From an uncultured Frankiales bacterium (GTDB lineage: Bacteria > Actinomycetota > Actinomycetes > Mycobacteriales > SCTD01), in NCBI GenBank assembly GCA_966212015.1, contig CBIHPE010000002.1:1-53683 (forward strand): a stretch of DNA of 53,683 nt. The letters run 5' to 3'. A program made the position numbers and the translations under genes. Position 1 is the first letter of the stretch; each line of letters opens with the position of its first letter. The notes under the pieces were generated by a model, which had not been told where the DNA came from, ran no database searches, and saw only the letters and a program-made list of their open reading frames with translations. This document shows positions 16,361 to 26,309 of the stretch, in pieces.

Positions 16361-17044
16361 GTGCCGGCCCTCCTCGCAGCGCTGACGATCGCGCTCGAGA
16401 TCGCGTACCCCCTCGTCTCCGGCACCGCCCGGGACCACCTCACGGTGGCCACCGTCCTGGCCTTCGTCACGGCCTCGACCGCCCACGCGGTCCAGACCCA
16501 GGGCCCGGCCTGGGCCGCCAGGTTCCTGGCCGTGGTGCTCCCGCTCAGCCTCGCGGTCGAGGCGATCGGGGTGCGCACCGGCGTGCCCTTCGGCGACTAC
16601 GGCTACGACGGCGGGCTCGGGCCGGCGGTCCTCGGAGTGCCGCTGGTCGTGCCGCTGGCGTGGGCGATGTTCGCCTACCCGGCCCTCGCCGTCGGGCAGG
16701 TCCTCCGACGGCCCTGGCTCGCCGGGACCGTGGCCCTCGCCTCGTGGGACCTGTTCCTCGACCCGCAGATGGTCGACGCGCACCACTGGCACTTCGACGG
16801 TGGGGGCATCCCGCTGAGCAACTACGTCGGCTGGCTCCTCACGGCCGCCGTCCTGATGAGCCTGCTGGCGAGGCTCCCCTGGCAGCCCTCGCTGACCGGC
16901 GTGCCGGTCGCCCTGTTCCTCTGGACCTGGGTCGGGTCGACCCTCGCCAACGCCGCGTTCTTCGGCCGCCCCGGCACCGCGGTCGCGGGCTTCGTCGGCA
17001 TGGGCCTGGTCGGCGTCCCGCTGGTGAGGCGACTGTGCGCCTGA
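16361..17044 (+). CDS. Carotenoid biosynthesis membrane protein (DUF422/CruF-like, candidate 1',2'-hydratase)
   Basis: GTG start. The product is polytopic and has the GVRTGVPFGDYGY motif that I associate with the CruF/'carotenoid biosynthesis protein' family. Confidence 0.75.
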   Translation: MPALLAALTIALEIAYPLVSGTARDHLTVATVLAFVTASTAHAVQTQGPAWAARFLAVVLPLSLAVEAIGVRTGVPFGDYGYDGGLGPAVLGVPLVVPLAWAMFAYPALAVGQVLRRPWLAGTVALASWDLFLDPQMVDAHHWHFDGGGIPLSNYVGWLLTAAVLMSLLARLPWQPSLTGVPVALFLWTWVGSTLANAAFFGRPGTAVAGFVGMGLVGVPLVRRLCA

Positions 17045-18021
17045 TCGCGTGGCTGGTCTCGCTGCTGTCGCTGCACGCCGCCCTGAACCCGTGGCGCCGA
17101 GAGGAGGTCCCGTTCGACGGCACGGTCAGCGTCCTCGTCCCCGCGCGGGACGAGGCGGGGCGCATCCGCCCCCTGCTGGAGACCCTCCCGCGCGACGTCG
17201 AGGTGCTCGTCCTCGACGACGGCTCGTCCGACGGCACGGCGGACCTCGTGCGCGGCCACGGCTTCACCGTGCTCGACGGCAAGCCGCTGCCCGAGGGGTG
17301 GATCGGCAAGCCGTGGGCCTGCCAGCAGCTCGCGGACGCGGCGACCGGCGACGTGCTGGTCTTCGTCGACGCCGACGTGACGCTGGCACGGGGCGCTGTC
17401 GCGCGGACGGTCGCCGCCCTCGGAGACGTCGACCTGGTCTGCCCCTACCCGCGCCAGCTCGCCGACGGACCCGCGCGCCTCGTCCAGCCGTTGTTGCAGT
17501 GGTCGATCCTCAGCTTCCTGCCGGCCCGCGCCCGCAGGTCGCCCCGGCCGTCGCTGTCCGCCGCCAACGGGCAGCTGATGGCCGTCCGGCGCGCTGCCTA
17601 CGACCGCGCCGGGGGCCACGCCGCGGTCCGCGACGAGGTGGTCGAGGACGTCGCGCTGCTGCGCGCGGTGAAGCGCGCCGGCGGCCGGGGCGGCGTCGTC
17701 GACGGCACGGACCTCGCGAGCACCCGGATGTACGACGACTGGCCGGCCCTCGTGGAGGGCTACACGAAGTCGCTGCACACCGTGCCCGCCGCCGTACCCG
17801 CCGGTCTGCTCGCCCTGTACGTCCTCCCGTGGCTCAGCCGCCGCCCGGCGGCCCGGATCGCCTGCGCTGCAGGGGTTCTCGGTCGCGCTGCCGTCGCCCG
17901 CAGGACGCAGTCGCCCGTCGTCGACAGCGTCGCGCACCCCGTCTCGGTCGTGCTGCTCGCGGCGCTGTGGGTGCGGTCCCGCACCGCCCGCGAGCGGACG
18001 TGGAAGGGTCGCGTGCTGTGA
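17035..18021 (+). CDS. Family-2 glycosyltransferase (carotenoid glycosyltransferase candidate, CruC/CrtX-like role)
   Basis: Overlaps the upstream gene by 10 nt. GT-A motifs VSVLVPARDE, LVLDDGSSDGT and VFVDAD are present. Confidence 0.82.
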   Translation: MRLIAWLVSLLSLHAALNPWRREEVPFDGTVSVLVPARDEAGRIRPLLETLPRDVEVLVLDDGSSDGTADLVRGHGFTVLDGKPLPEGWIGKPWACQQLADAATGDVLVFVDADVTLARGAVARTVAALGDVDLVCPYPRQLADGPARLVQPLLQWSILSFLPARARRSPRPSLSAANGQLMAVRRAAYDRAGGHAAVRDEVVEDVALLRAVKRAGGRGGVVDGTDLASTRMYDDWPALVEGYTKSLHTVPAAVPAGLLALYVLPWLSRRPAARIACAAGVLGRAAVARRTQSPVVDSVAHPVSVVLLAALWVRSRTARERTWKGRVL

Positions 18022-19427
18022 GAGCCGTCGTGATCGGTGCGGGCGTCGGCGGCCTGGCCGTCGCCGCCCGGCTCGCGGCGCAGGGCCACGCGGTGACCCT
18101 TGTCGAGGCAGCTCCCGTCGTGGGCGGCAAGCTCGGCCGCTTCGAGCGGGGCGGCTTCGGCTTCGACACCGGTCCGTCGCTGCTCACCATGCCGCGGGTC
18201 TTCCAGGACCTGTTCCGCGACACCGGCGGGTGGCCCTCCGACCTGACGCTGACGCCGCTGGAGCCGCTGATCCGGCACCGCTTCACCGACGGGTCGTCGT
18301 TCGACTCCGGCCGGGACGTGCAAGCGAACCTCGAGGCGTGGAGCCCCGGGGCGGGTGACGACTGGGCGGCGTTCCTCGACCGTGCGCAGCGGATCTGGGC
18401 AGCGTCGAGGAAGCCGTTCCTCGAGTCGGCGCTGCACGGGTCGAGGACGCTGGCGGCGCTGACCCTCAAGCACCCCGGCGATCTCGCGACCCTCGCACCC
18501 GGCCGCACCCTGCGCGACCTCGGCCGTCGGCACCTGCGGGACCCGCGGCTGCGGATGGTCCTGGACCGCTACGCGACCTACACCGGGTCCGACCCGCGCC
18601 GTGCGCCCGCAGCGCTCGCCGCCGTGCCCTGGGTGGAGCACGCCTTCGGCGGCTGGTGGGTGGAAGGCGGCCTCTACCGGCTCGCCGAGTGCCTGCTGGA
18701 ACGGTGCCTGGAGCTGGGGGTCGAGGTGCAGCTCGGCCGCCGCGTCACGAAGGTGGCGCCCCCTGTCGTCACCTGCGAGGACGGCGAGCTGCGCGGCGAC
18801 GTCGTCGTGTCCGATGCCGACGCGGCCCACCTCTACCGCGACCTGGTCGACTGCCCTCCTGCCGCCCGCAGGCTGGCCCGGGCGACGCCGTCGCTGTCCG
18901 GGTTCGTGCTCATGCTCGCCCTGCGCGGCGAGACCCCAGGGCTCGCGCACCACACGGTGCTGTTCGGCGATGACTCCGACGCCGAGATGGACGCCGTCTT
19001 CGGCGACTCCCCCGCCGAGGACCCGACGGTCTACCTGTCACGCCCACCCGGTGCCGCGCCGGAGGGCCACGAGGCGCTGTTCGTCCTCGTCAACGCGCCC
19101 CGGCACGGGCCCGTGGACTGGACCTCCCAACCCGGGTACGGCGACTCCGTGCTCGACGTGATGGCCCGGCGAGGGGTCGACGTCCGGGACCGGGTGCTGT
19201 GGCGGGAGACGGTCACCCCGGCCGACCTCGAGCAGCGCACCGGCGCCGTGGGCGGCGCGATCTACGGCACCTCCTCGAACGGGCCGGTCGCGGCGTTCCT
19301 CCGCCCGGCCAACCGGTCTCCGGTCCCCGGGCTGTTCCTGGTCGGCGGGTCGTCCCACCCGGGGGGCGGGCTGCCGCTGGTGGCCCTGTCCGCGAAGATC
19401 GTGAGCGGCCTCATCGGCCCCGCCTGA
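18018..19427 (+). CDS. CrtI-family desaturase (CrtD-like candidate)
   Basis: GTGA overlap with the upstream gene. The VVIGAGVGGLAVAARLA FAD fold and the C-terminal GGSSHPGGGLPLV signature are present. Confidence 0.85.
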   Translation: MRAVVIGAGVGGLAVAARLAAQGHAVTLVEAAPVVGGKLGRFERGGFGFDTGPSLLTMPRVFQDLFRDTGGWPSDLTLTPLEPLIRHRFTDGSSFDSGRDVQANLEAWSPGAGDDWAAFLDRAQRIWAASRKPFLESALHGSRTLAALTLKHPGDLATLAPGRTLRDLGRRHLRDPRLRMVLDRYATYTGSDPRRAPAALAAVPWVEHAFGGWWVEGGLYRLAECLLERCLELGVEVQLGRRVTKVAPPVVTCEDGELRGDVVVSDADAAHLYRDLVDCPPAARRLARATPSLSGFVLMLALRGETPGLAHHTVLFGDDSDAEMDAVFGDSPAEDPTVYLSRPPGAAPEGHEALFVLVNAPRHGPVDWTSQPGYGDSVLDVMARRGVDVRDRVLWRETVTPADLEQRTGAVGGAIYGTSSNGPVAAFLRPANRSPVPGLFLVGGSSHPGGGLPLVALSAKIVSGLIGPA

Positions 19428-19436
19428 CCCGGGCGG

Positions 19437-19634
19437 TCAGCCGGCGAGGGTCGACTCGGGCGGGCAGACCTCGTGCTGCAGCGGGCCGAACGCGGTCTGC
19501 CGGACGTACTCGCGGGGGTCGATCCAGCGCAGGCAGCGCGGGCAGACGTCGTCGGACTCCCCCCGCAGGTGGCCGTCGATCAGCAGCACCGACGCCGTGT
19601 CGCAGTCGGTCTTGACCAGGCTGAGGCCAGCCAT
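19437..19634 (-). CDS. 65-aa four-cysteine protein, function unknown
   Basis: Starts at MAGLSLV. Cysteine pattern is Cx19CxxCx21C, and GC3 is near 100 percent. The longer ORF-track start has poor codon bias. Confidence 0.6.
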   Translation of the reverse strand: MAGLSLVKTDCDTASVLLIDGHLRGESDDVCPRCLRWIDPREYVRQTAFGPLQHEVCPPESTLAG

Positions 19635-19710
19635 CGGGTTGAGCCGTGAAGAGCCCACGAGCCGAACCTAGAGCCGTGGTCGGACACAAGGGAGCGCGCT
19701 CCGGGCACGG

Positions 19711-20262
19711 TCAGGTCACGATCCGGGCACGGACGACCTGGCCCAGGCCGGCGGCGGACAGCGCCACGAGGGCCCAGGTGCAGACGAGCGGTGCGACGAG
19801 CAGCGCCGAGGCCGTGAAGAGCACCCGCACCGGTCGCTCACCCACGGTCACGACGGGGCCACGGCGCAGAGCCTCGAGCGCCCACATCAGCGCGAGCGCG
19901 ACCAGGGCCAGCCAGGCCGGGGCTCCCGCTCGCCACAGCAGGCCGGCGAAGACCGCCTCACCCAGCCGGTCGGCGGTGTGGTCGAGCCGGCGACCCCGCT
20001 CGGACGCCCGGTCCTGGAGCACGGCAACGCACCCGTCGACGCCGTCGAGCAGGCCGGCGAGCAGCACGAGCGCTGCGGCGACCGGCAGGGGCACCACCAG
20101 CGCGAGCACGGTCGCGAGCAGGCCGGCCGCCGTCACGCTCCACGGCGGGACCCGGAGCGGTCGCGACACCCACAGGACCAGCCGGAGCCAGCGGCGGACG
20201 AGCGGTGAGGCGGTGACGCCGTGCAGCTCCTGCCAGCGCAGGACGTGCTGCTCGGGGGTCAC
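19711..20262 (-). CDS. CDP-alcohol phosphatidyltransferase family protein
   Basis: The region DGVDGCVAVLQDRASERGRRLDHTADRLGE fits the D-G-x2-A-R...G-x3-D-x3-D family motif. The protein is polytopic. The GTG start overlaps the SRPBCC stop as GTGA. Confidence 0.78.
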   Translation of the reverse strand: MTPEQHVLRWQELHGVTASPLVRRWLRLVLWVSRPLRVPPWSVTAAGLLATVLALVVPLPVAAALVLLAGLLDGVDGCVAVLQDRASERGRRLDHTADRLGEAVFAGLLWRAGAPAWLALVALALMWALEALRRGPVVTVGERPVRVLFTASALLVAPLVCTWALVALSAAGLGQVVRARIVT

Positions 20263-20705
20263 GCCACCTGGTTGCTGCGCCGGGCCGCCCGGGCCATCCG
20301 CGCCGTGCGGTTCGCGAGCACGCGCGCGTTGAGGCCGTTGGCCAGCCAGAGCACCGGAGCGGCCGGGCGGGCGAACAGCCCGTCGACGACGATGGAGACC
20401 CGGATGTCGGTGCCGCCCTTGGTCGTCTGGGTCAGCACGAAGGTGAGCTCCTCGGTGATGCCCGGTGCCGTGCGGACCCGCATGACCAGGCGCTGCTCCG
20501 GCTCGACCTCGAGCACGTCCAGCGGGATGCCGAGCACCGTCCAGCGGCTCACGCCTACCAGGTGCTGACCGACCTGCGCCGCGCGGCTCGACCCCTTGAC
20601 CTTGCTCAGGAAGACGTCGAAGAGCGGCCAGTTGGTCGGCGTGCCGAGCACCTCCCAGACCTGCGACGGCGACGCCGACGTCCGGACCCGGTGCACCAGC
20701 TTCAC
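20259..20705 (-). CDS. SRPBCC (START/polyketide-cyclase-like) domain protein
   Basis: 148-aa product with an N-terminal ...[16 protein letters not shown] pattern typical of SRPBCC. The GTG start overlaps the metF stop. Confidence 0.7.
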   Translation of the reverse strand: MKLVHRVRTSASPSQVWEVLGTPTNWPLFDVFLSKVKGSSRAAQVGQHLVGVSRWTVLGIPLDVLEVEPEQRLVMRVRTAPGITEELTFVLTQTTKGGTDIRVSIVVDGLFARPAAPVLWLANGLNARVLANRTARMARAARRSNQVA

Positions 20706-21589
20706 CGGGTGGCCGCCAGCCCTAGGCGGTCCCAGATCTCACGGGTCGCGGTCGACCGGTTGAGGGTGATGAAGTGCAGGCCGGGGGCGCCCTCGGCGAG
20801 CATCCGGTCTGCGAGCGCTGTGGCGGCCTCGACACCGACCTCGCGGACGGCGCGCGGGTCGTCGGCCACGGCGTGCAGCCGGTCGGTCAACCACGCCGGC
20901 AGCGGCGCTCCGGAGAGCTCGGCCATCCGCTCGATGCTCGACACGTTCGTCACCGGCATGATCTCCGGGATGATCGGGATGTCGCAGCCCGCGGCCACGA
21001 CGCGGTCGCGCAGCCTGAGGTAGTCGTCGGCCTCGAAGAACATCTGGGTGATGGCGTAGTCGGCGCCGGCCCGGCACTTGCGCACGAAGTGCTCGATCTC
21101 GTCGTCCCAGCTCGTCGACCGCGGGTGCATCTGCGGGAACGCGGCGACGCCCACGCAGAAGTCGCCACTGCTCTTCACGAGCTCGACGAGCTCGGAGGCG
21201 TACTCGAAGCCCTCCGGGTGCTGGACCCACTCGGCCTGCGGGTCGCCCGGCGGGTCTCCGCGGAGCGCCAGCACGTTGTGCACGCCCGCCGCGGCGAACT
21301 GCCCGACGATGTGCCGCAGCTCGGCGACGCTGTGGTTGACGGCGGTGAGGTGCCCGATCGGGGTGAGGGTCGTCTCCTCGGCCACCCGCTGGGTCACGGC
21401 GACGGTGCGCTCGCGCGTCGAGCCGCCCGCGCCGTAGGTCACCGAGACGAAGTGCGGCTTCAGGCCCTCGAGCTCGCGGATCGCCTGCCACAGCTGGCGG
21501 TCGCCCTCGTCGGTGCGGCCCGGGAAGAACTCGAACGAGAACGTCCGCTCACCCGAGGCGAGCAGGTCCTTGATCGAGGTGCCTGCCAT
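20702..21589 (-). CDS. metF: 5,10-methylenetetrahydrofolate reductase
   Basis: [25 protein letters not shown] and HFITLNRS are classical MetF blocks. Confidence 0.93.
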   Translation of the reverse strand: MAGTSIKDLLASGERTFSFEFFPGRTDEGDRQLWQAIRELEGLKPHFVSVTYGAGGSTRERTVAVTQRVAEETTLTPIGHLTAVNHSVAELRHIVGQFAAAGVHNVLALRGDPPGDPQAEWVQHPEGFEYASELVELVKSSGDFCVGVAAFPQMHPRSTSWDDEIEHFVRKCRAGADYAITQMFFEADDYLRLRDRVVAAGCDIPIIPEIMPVTNVSSIERMAELSGAPLPAWLTDRLHAVADDPRAVREVGVEAATALADRMLAEGAPGLHFITLNRSTATREIWDRLGLAATR

Positions 21590-21599
21590 GTGTTGCAGG

Positions 21600-22196
21600 C
21601 TAGTCGGCCAGCTCCCAGGTCACCGTGACGGACGCGCTCACGTCCTGTGTGCCCTGCGGCACCTCGTAGCCGGACCGTCTCGCCGCCATCGCCGCGACAC
21701 CGTGGAAGACCTGCGCACCGGCCTGCTGCACCGAGCTGACCGTGCCGAGCCGGAGACCGGCAAGCGCGGCGTACTGCTCCGCCGCGACGCGCGCAGCGGC
21801 GAACGCTCCCTCGCGGGCGGTCGCGAGCGCGGCGTCGGTGTCACTCACGAACGGGCTCAGGCTCTCGAGGCGCACGGCGGTGCCGCCGACCTCGAGGGCG
21901 GCGGTCACCACCGTGCCCGCCAGGGCGATGTCGGGCAGCTGCGCGGTCACGCGGGACGTCGCCTGCGGCCTCCCGGGCCGGTTGCGCTCGTGGTCCCACA
22001 GCGGCTGCACGGACAGGCCGCCCGCCGAGGCCGAGACGCCGAGCGCCCTGATCACCCGTTCCTGCACCTCGCCGCAGGCGGTCAGCGCCTCCGCCGGCGT
22101 CCCTGCCGTGACCTCGATCGCCAGGACCACGCTGACCGCGTCCGGCACTCCCGGACCGGTGGCGGTCCCCGACGTCGTCACGCAGCGCTCTGTCAT
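21600..22196 (-). CDS. SIMPL/DUF541-like protein
   Basis: The 198-aa product has a [14 protein letters not shown]... pattern resembling SIMPL-domain proteins. The assignment is tentative. Confidence 0.6.
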   Translation of the reverse strand: MTERCVTTSGTATGPGVPDAVSVVLAIEVTAGTPAEALTACGEVQERVIRALGVSASAGGLSVQPLWDHERNRPGRPQATSRVTAQLPDIALAGTVVTAALEVGGTAVRLESLSPFVSDTDAALATAREGAFAAARVAAEQYAALAGLRLGTVSSVQQAGAQVFHGVAAMAARRSGYEVPQGTQDVSASVTVTWELAD

Positions 22197-22222
22197 GGTC
22201 CGAACACTAGGCTCGCGACACC

Positions 22223-23248
22223 ATGAGCGTCCTGGACCGGAACGACCTGCGCAGGCGCGTGCAGCAGGCCCTCGACCACTTCCTCGACGCCCACGAGCCG
22301 GCGCTGCTCGCGATGGCCGACGAGCTCGCCCCGATGGTCGACGAGGTCAGGGCGTTCCTCTCCGGAGGCAAGCGGCTGCGGCCGGGGTTCTGCTTCTGGG
22401 GCCACCTCGGCGCCGGTGGCAAGGACTCCGACGACCTGATCCGCGCCGTCTCGTCCCTCGAGCTGTTCCAGGCCGCGGCGATCATCCACGACGACGTCAT
22501 GGACGGCAGCGACACCCGCCGCGGCCGGCCGGCGGTCCACCGCCGGTTCGCTGCGCTGCACGGCGAGCAGTTCGGGACCGGGGCGGCCATCCTGCTCGGA
22601 GACCTGTGCCTGTCCTGGTCCGACGAGATGCTCGTCGGCTCGGGCCTGCTCACGGAGCCGAGCCGCGCGGTCTTCGACACCATGCGCGCCGAGCTCATGG
22701 CCGGCCAGTACCTCGACCTGCTCGAGCAGGCGTCCGGCGGCGGGACGGTCGAGACCGCACTCCGCGTCGCCCGCTACAAGTCGGCGAAGTACACGATCGT
22801 CGAGCCGCTGCACCTCGGCGGCACCACTGCCGGGGCCGGCCCCGAGGTCCTCGACGCCTACTCCGCCTACGGCCTGCCCCTCGGGATCGCCTTCCAGCTC
22901 CGCGACGACCTGCTCGGCGTCTTCGGCGACCCCGCCGTCACCGGCAAGCCGGCCGGCGACGACCTCCGTGAGGGAAAGCGGACCGTGCTCGTCGCGACAG
23001 CGCTGCAGTCCGCGACGGAGGCACAGGCAGAGGTCGTACGCACGAAGCTCGGCGATCCCGACCTGGACGCCGACGGCGTGGCCGCCCTGCAAGCGGTCCT
23101 CGTCGAGACCGGGGCCGTCGACGAGGTCGAGGCGCGCATCAGCCGCAGCACCGAGGAGGCCCTCGCCGCCCTCGACGACCGCATCGCCGACGAGGCTCGC
23201 GAGGTGCTCCGCGACCTGGCCATCGAGGCCACGGTCCGGCACACCTGA
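22223..23248 (+). CDS. crtE: Polyprenyl (geranylgeranyl) diphosphate synthase
   Basis: First aspartate-rich motif IIHDDVMD and second motif FQLRDDLLG are present, with the KRLRP substrate-loop region. Confidence 0.9.
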   Translation: MSVLDRNDLRRRVQQALDHFLDAHEPALLAMADELAPMVDEVRAFLSGGKRLRPGFCFWGHLGAGGKDSDDLIRAVSSLELFQAAAIIHDDVMDGSDTRRGRPAVHRRFAALHGEQFGTGAAILLGDLCLSWSDEMLVGSGLLTEPSRAVFDTMRAELMAGQYLDLLEQASGGGTVETALRVARYKSAKYTIVEPLHLGGTTAGAGPEVLDAYSAYGLPLGIAFQLRDDLLGVFGDPAVTGKPAGDDLREGKRTVLVATALQSATEAQAEVVRTKLGDPDLDADGVAALQAVLVETGAVDEVEARISRSTEEALAALDDRIADEAREVLRDLAIEATVRHT

Positions 23249-23264
23249 CGCGTACCCTGAAGGG

Positions 23265-24263
23265 GTGACTGCGCCGACCCTGTCAGCCAACGACCTGTGC
23301 CATTGCGGCAGCGGCCGCAAGTACAAGCGCTGCCACCGGATCGCGGACCTCGACCCGGCTCGCGCGGCCGCTGACGAGGCGCGGAAGGCGGCCGCTGCCG
23401 CCGAGGCCGAGCGCTACGTGCGCCCCGGGAAGCTGAGCCCGCGACGCGAGGTGCCCGAGAGCATCGTCAAGCCGCCGTACGCGCACGACCCCAAGGGCCG
23501 CCCGGGCGTCCGCGAGTCGAGCGCTCCCAAGGACGCGGAGACGCTCGATCGGATGCGGCGCGCGGGGAAGGCGGCTGCCGAGGTGCTGGCCGCGGTCGGC
23601 GCTGCGGTGCGCCCCGGCATCACGACCGACGAGCTCGACGCGATCGCGCACGAGGAGTGCCTCAAGCGCGGCGGCTACCCCAGCCCCCTCGGCTACAACG
23701 GCTTCCCGAAGTCCCTGTGCACGTCGGTCAACGAGGTCATCTGCCACGGCATCCCCGACAGCACCGTCCTCAAGGACGGCGACATCGTGAACTGCGACGT
23801 CACGATCTACCTCGACGGGGTGCACGGCGACACCAACGCCACGTTCCTCGTCGGCGACGTGGACGACGAGAGCCGCCGTCTCGTCGAGGTCACCCGCGAG
23901 TGCCTGGACAAGGGCATCGAGGCGGTGCGGCCGGGCAACACGGTCCGCGACATCGGCCGGGCCATCCAGGCGCACGCGGAGGCGCACGGCTACGGCGTGG
24001 TGCGGGCCTTCGTCGGGCACGGCATCGGGCGGGCGTTCCACTCCGAGCCGCAGGTGTTCCACTACGACAACCCGCAGGCCCGCCAGCGGCTCGAGCCCGG
24101 GATGACGTTCACCATCGAGCCGATGATCACGATCGGCGACTGGCGGCACGAGATGTGGGACGACGGCTGGACGGCGGTCACGAAGGACCGCAGCCGCACC
24201 GCCCAGTTCGAGCACACCCTGGTCGTCACCGAGACCGGCGCCGAGATCCTCACCCAGGTCTGA
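23265..24263 (+). CDS. map: Type I methionine aminopeptidase with an N-terminal SEC-C zinc motif
   Basis: GTG start. [13 protein letters not shown] is followed by a canonical MetAP core (VCHGIP, DIVNCDV, GHGIG, TIEPM, EHT). Confidence 0.93.
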   Translation: MTAPTLSANDLCHCGSGRKYKRCHRIADLDPARAAADEARKAAAAAEAERYVRPGKLSPRREVPESIVKPPYAHDPKGRPGVRESSAPKDAETLDRMRRAGKAAAEVLAAVGAAVRPGITTDELDAIAHEECLKRGGYPSPLGYNGFPKSLCTSVNEVICHGIPDSTVLKDGDIVNCDVTIYLDGVHGDTNATFLVGDVDDESRRLVEVTRECLDKGIEAVRPGNTVRDIGRAIQAHAEAHGYGVVRAFVGHGIGRAFHSEPQVFHYDNPQARQRLEPGMTFTIEPMITIGDWRHEMWDDGWTAVTKDRSRTAQFEHTLVVTETGAEILTQV

Positions 24264-24266
24264 GCG

Positions 24267-24848
24267 GTGCGCCGACTGCACCTCGCGACGGTGCTGCTGG
24301 TCGCCGCCTGCTCGAGCGGCTCCCCTGCGCCTGAGGTGATCACGCCGCCGAGCCCGGAGAAGCAGGTCCTGCAGGCGGGCAAGAGCGACGTGCCGCTCAC
24401 GGCGGGGACGTACTACTCCCCCGTCGACTTCGTCCCGCCGCTCGCGATCACCGTGCCCGCGGGCTGGTCGAGCACGCACCGCGGTGACGACGCGTTCGAC
24501 GTCGGCAAGGACGGCGTCATCGTCGTGTTCGACACCCCCGCCGGTGACGCGGTGGCACCTGTCCTGGCTGCGATGCGCGCGAAGGCGCCGCACGCCGTCG
24601 CCGCGTCCGGCACGCTCGACGGGCTCCCGGCCACCGGCTTCGACGCCACCGGCGGCAGCGGCGAGCTCCTCGCCAGCCCTGCCGGCACGCTGTCGCTGGA
24701 CTACGCGGCGGGCCAACGGGTCCGGGTGCTCGGCGTCGACGTCGACGGCGTCCCGCTGCTGGCGGTGGTGCTCGTCCCCGACGGCAAGCAGTGGGCGACG
24801 AAGCTGCCCGAGGCGCAGGCCCTGCTGGCGGGTGTGCGCCCCGGCTAG
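24267..24848 (+). CDS. Lipoprotein, function unknown
   Basis: Signal peptide plus lipobox: MRRLHLATVLLVAAC. It starts 3 nt after the map stop. Confidence 0.7.
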   Translation: MRRLHLATVLLVAACSSGSPAPEVITPPSPEKQVLQAGKSDVPLTAGTYYSPVDFVPPLAITVPAGWSSTHRGDDAFDVGKDGVIVVFDTPAGDAVAPVLAAMRAKAPHAVAASGTLDGLPATGFDATGGSGELLASPAGTLSLDYAAGQRVRVLGVDVDGVPLLAVVLVPDGKQWATKLPEAQALLAGVRPG

Positions 24849-24857
24849 CCTCGACGG

Positions 24858-26309
24858 GTGCGCACCGTCAGCGGCCCGACCGACCGCGTGGTCGTCGTCG
24901 GAGCCGGGCTGAGCGGCCTCAGCGCGGCGCTCCGGCTGGCCGGCGCGGGTCGGCAGGTCACGGTCGTCGAGCGCGACCTCGTGCCGGGTGGTCGGGCCGG
25001 GCTGCTGGAGGTCGACGGCTACTCCTTCGACACCGGACCGACGGTCCTGACGATGCCCGACCTGATCGCCGATGCCCTCGCCTGCGTGGACGAGCGGCTC
25101 GAGGACTGGCTGGACCTGATGCCGGTCGCGCCGCTCTACCGGGCCTTCTACCCGGACGGGTCGGGGCTCGACGTCCACGCTGACCGGGAGGCGATGGCCG
25201 AGGAGGTCCGCCGGGTCTGCGGTCCCGACGAGGCCCGCGGCTACGAGCGGTACGTCGACTTCGTGTCGCAGCTCTACCGGCTGGAGATGCGGGACTTCAT
25301 CGATCGCAACACCGACTCCCCGCTCGGGCTGCTGACTCCCAACCTCGCCCGGCTGGCCGCGATCGGGGGCTTCAGGAGGCTCGGCCCGAAGGTCGCGTCG
25401 TACCTGAAGGACCCTCGGACGCAGCGGCTGTTCTCCTTCCAGAGCATGTACGCCGGGCTGGCCCCGCAGGACGCCCTCGCGCTCTACGCCGTGATCGCCT
25501 ACATGGACTCCGTGGCGGGTGTGTTCTTCCCGCGCGGGGGCATGCATGCGGTGCCGCGGGCCCTCGCCGGCGCCGCGGAGAAGCACGGCGTGAGGTTCCG
25601 GTTCGGTGAGCAGGTGTCGCGCGTCGTGGTGGAGAACGGCCGCGCCACGGCGGTGCAGACGACGACCGGTGACCGCATCCCGGCGGACGCCGTCGTGCTG
25701 ACGACCGACGTGCCGGCCGACCTCTTGCCCCCGCGACGCCGGCGACGGCTGCAGCACTCGCCGTCGTGCTTCGTGCTGCTGGCCGGCTCGTCCGCGACCT
25801 ACTCGCAGACGGCCCACCACAACCTGCACTTCGGACGCGCCTGGGAGTCGACCTTCCGCGAGCTCATCCGGGACGGCTCCCTCATGTCGGACCCGTCGCT
25901 GCTGGTCACGCGACCCACCGCGTCCGACCCCTCCCTCGCCCCGGCGGGCAGGGAGTCCTACTACGTGCTCCTGCCGACCCCCAACACCGACGCAGGCATC
26001 GACTGGGACGTCGTCGGGCCGCGGTACCGCGACGAGGTGGTCGCGAGGCTGGAAGGCCTGGGGTACAAGGGGTTCGGCGACGCGATCGAGGTCGAGCACG
26101 TTACGACGCCGGCCGACTGGCAGCGGCTCGGCATGGCGCACGGGACGCCCTTCGGGCCGGCCCACACCTTCCGGCAGACCGGGCCGTTCCGGCCGGGCAA
26201 CCTGCTGCTCGACAACGTCGTCCGCGCCGGGTCGGGCACCCGGCCCGGCGTGGGCGTGCCGATGGTGCTGATCAGCGGGCGGCTGGCCGCGGAGCGGATC
26301 ACCGGGTGA
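24858..26309 (+). CDS. crtI: Phytoene desaturase
   Basis: VVVVGAGLSGLSAALRLA FAD fold, GYSFDTGPTVLTMP and the C-terminal RAGSGTRPGVGVPMV signature are present. The gene overlaps crtB. Confidence 0.92.
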   Translation: MRTVSGPTDRVVVVGAGLSGLSAALRLAGAGRQVTVVERDLVPGGRAGLLEVDGYSFDTGPTVLTMPDLIADALACVDERLEDWLDLMPVAPLYRAFYPDGSGLDVHADREAMAEEVRRVCGPDEARGYERYVDFVSQLYRLEMRDFIDRNTDSPLGLLTPNLARLAAIGGFRRLGPKVASYLKDPRTQRLFSFQSMYAGLAPQDALALYAVIAYMDSVAGVFFPRGGMHAVPRALAGAAEKHGVRFRFGEQVSRVVVENGRATAVQTTTGDRIPADAVVLTTDVPADLLPPRRRRRLQHSPSCFVLLAGSSATYSQTAHHNLHFGRAWESTFRELIRDGSLMSDPSLLVTRPTASDPSLAPAGRESYYVLLPTPNTDAGIDWDVVGPRYRDEVVARLEGLGYKGFGDAIEVEHVTTPADWQRLGMAHGTPFGPAHTFRQTGPFRPGNLLLDNVVRAGSGTRPGVGVPMVLISGRLAAERITG

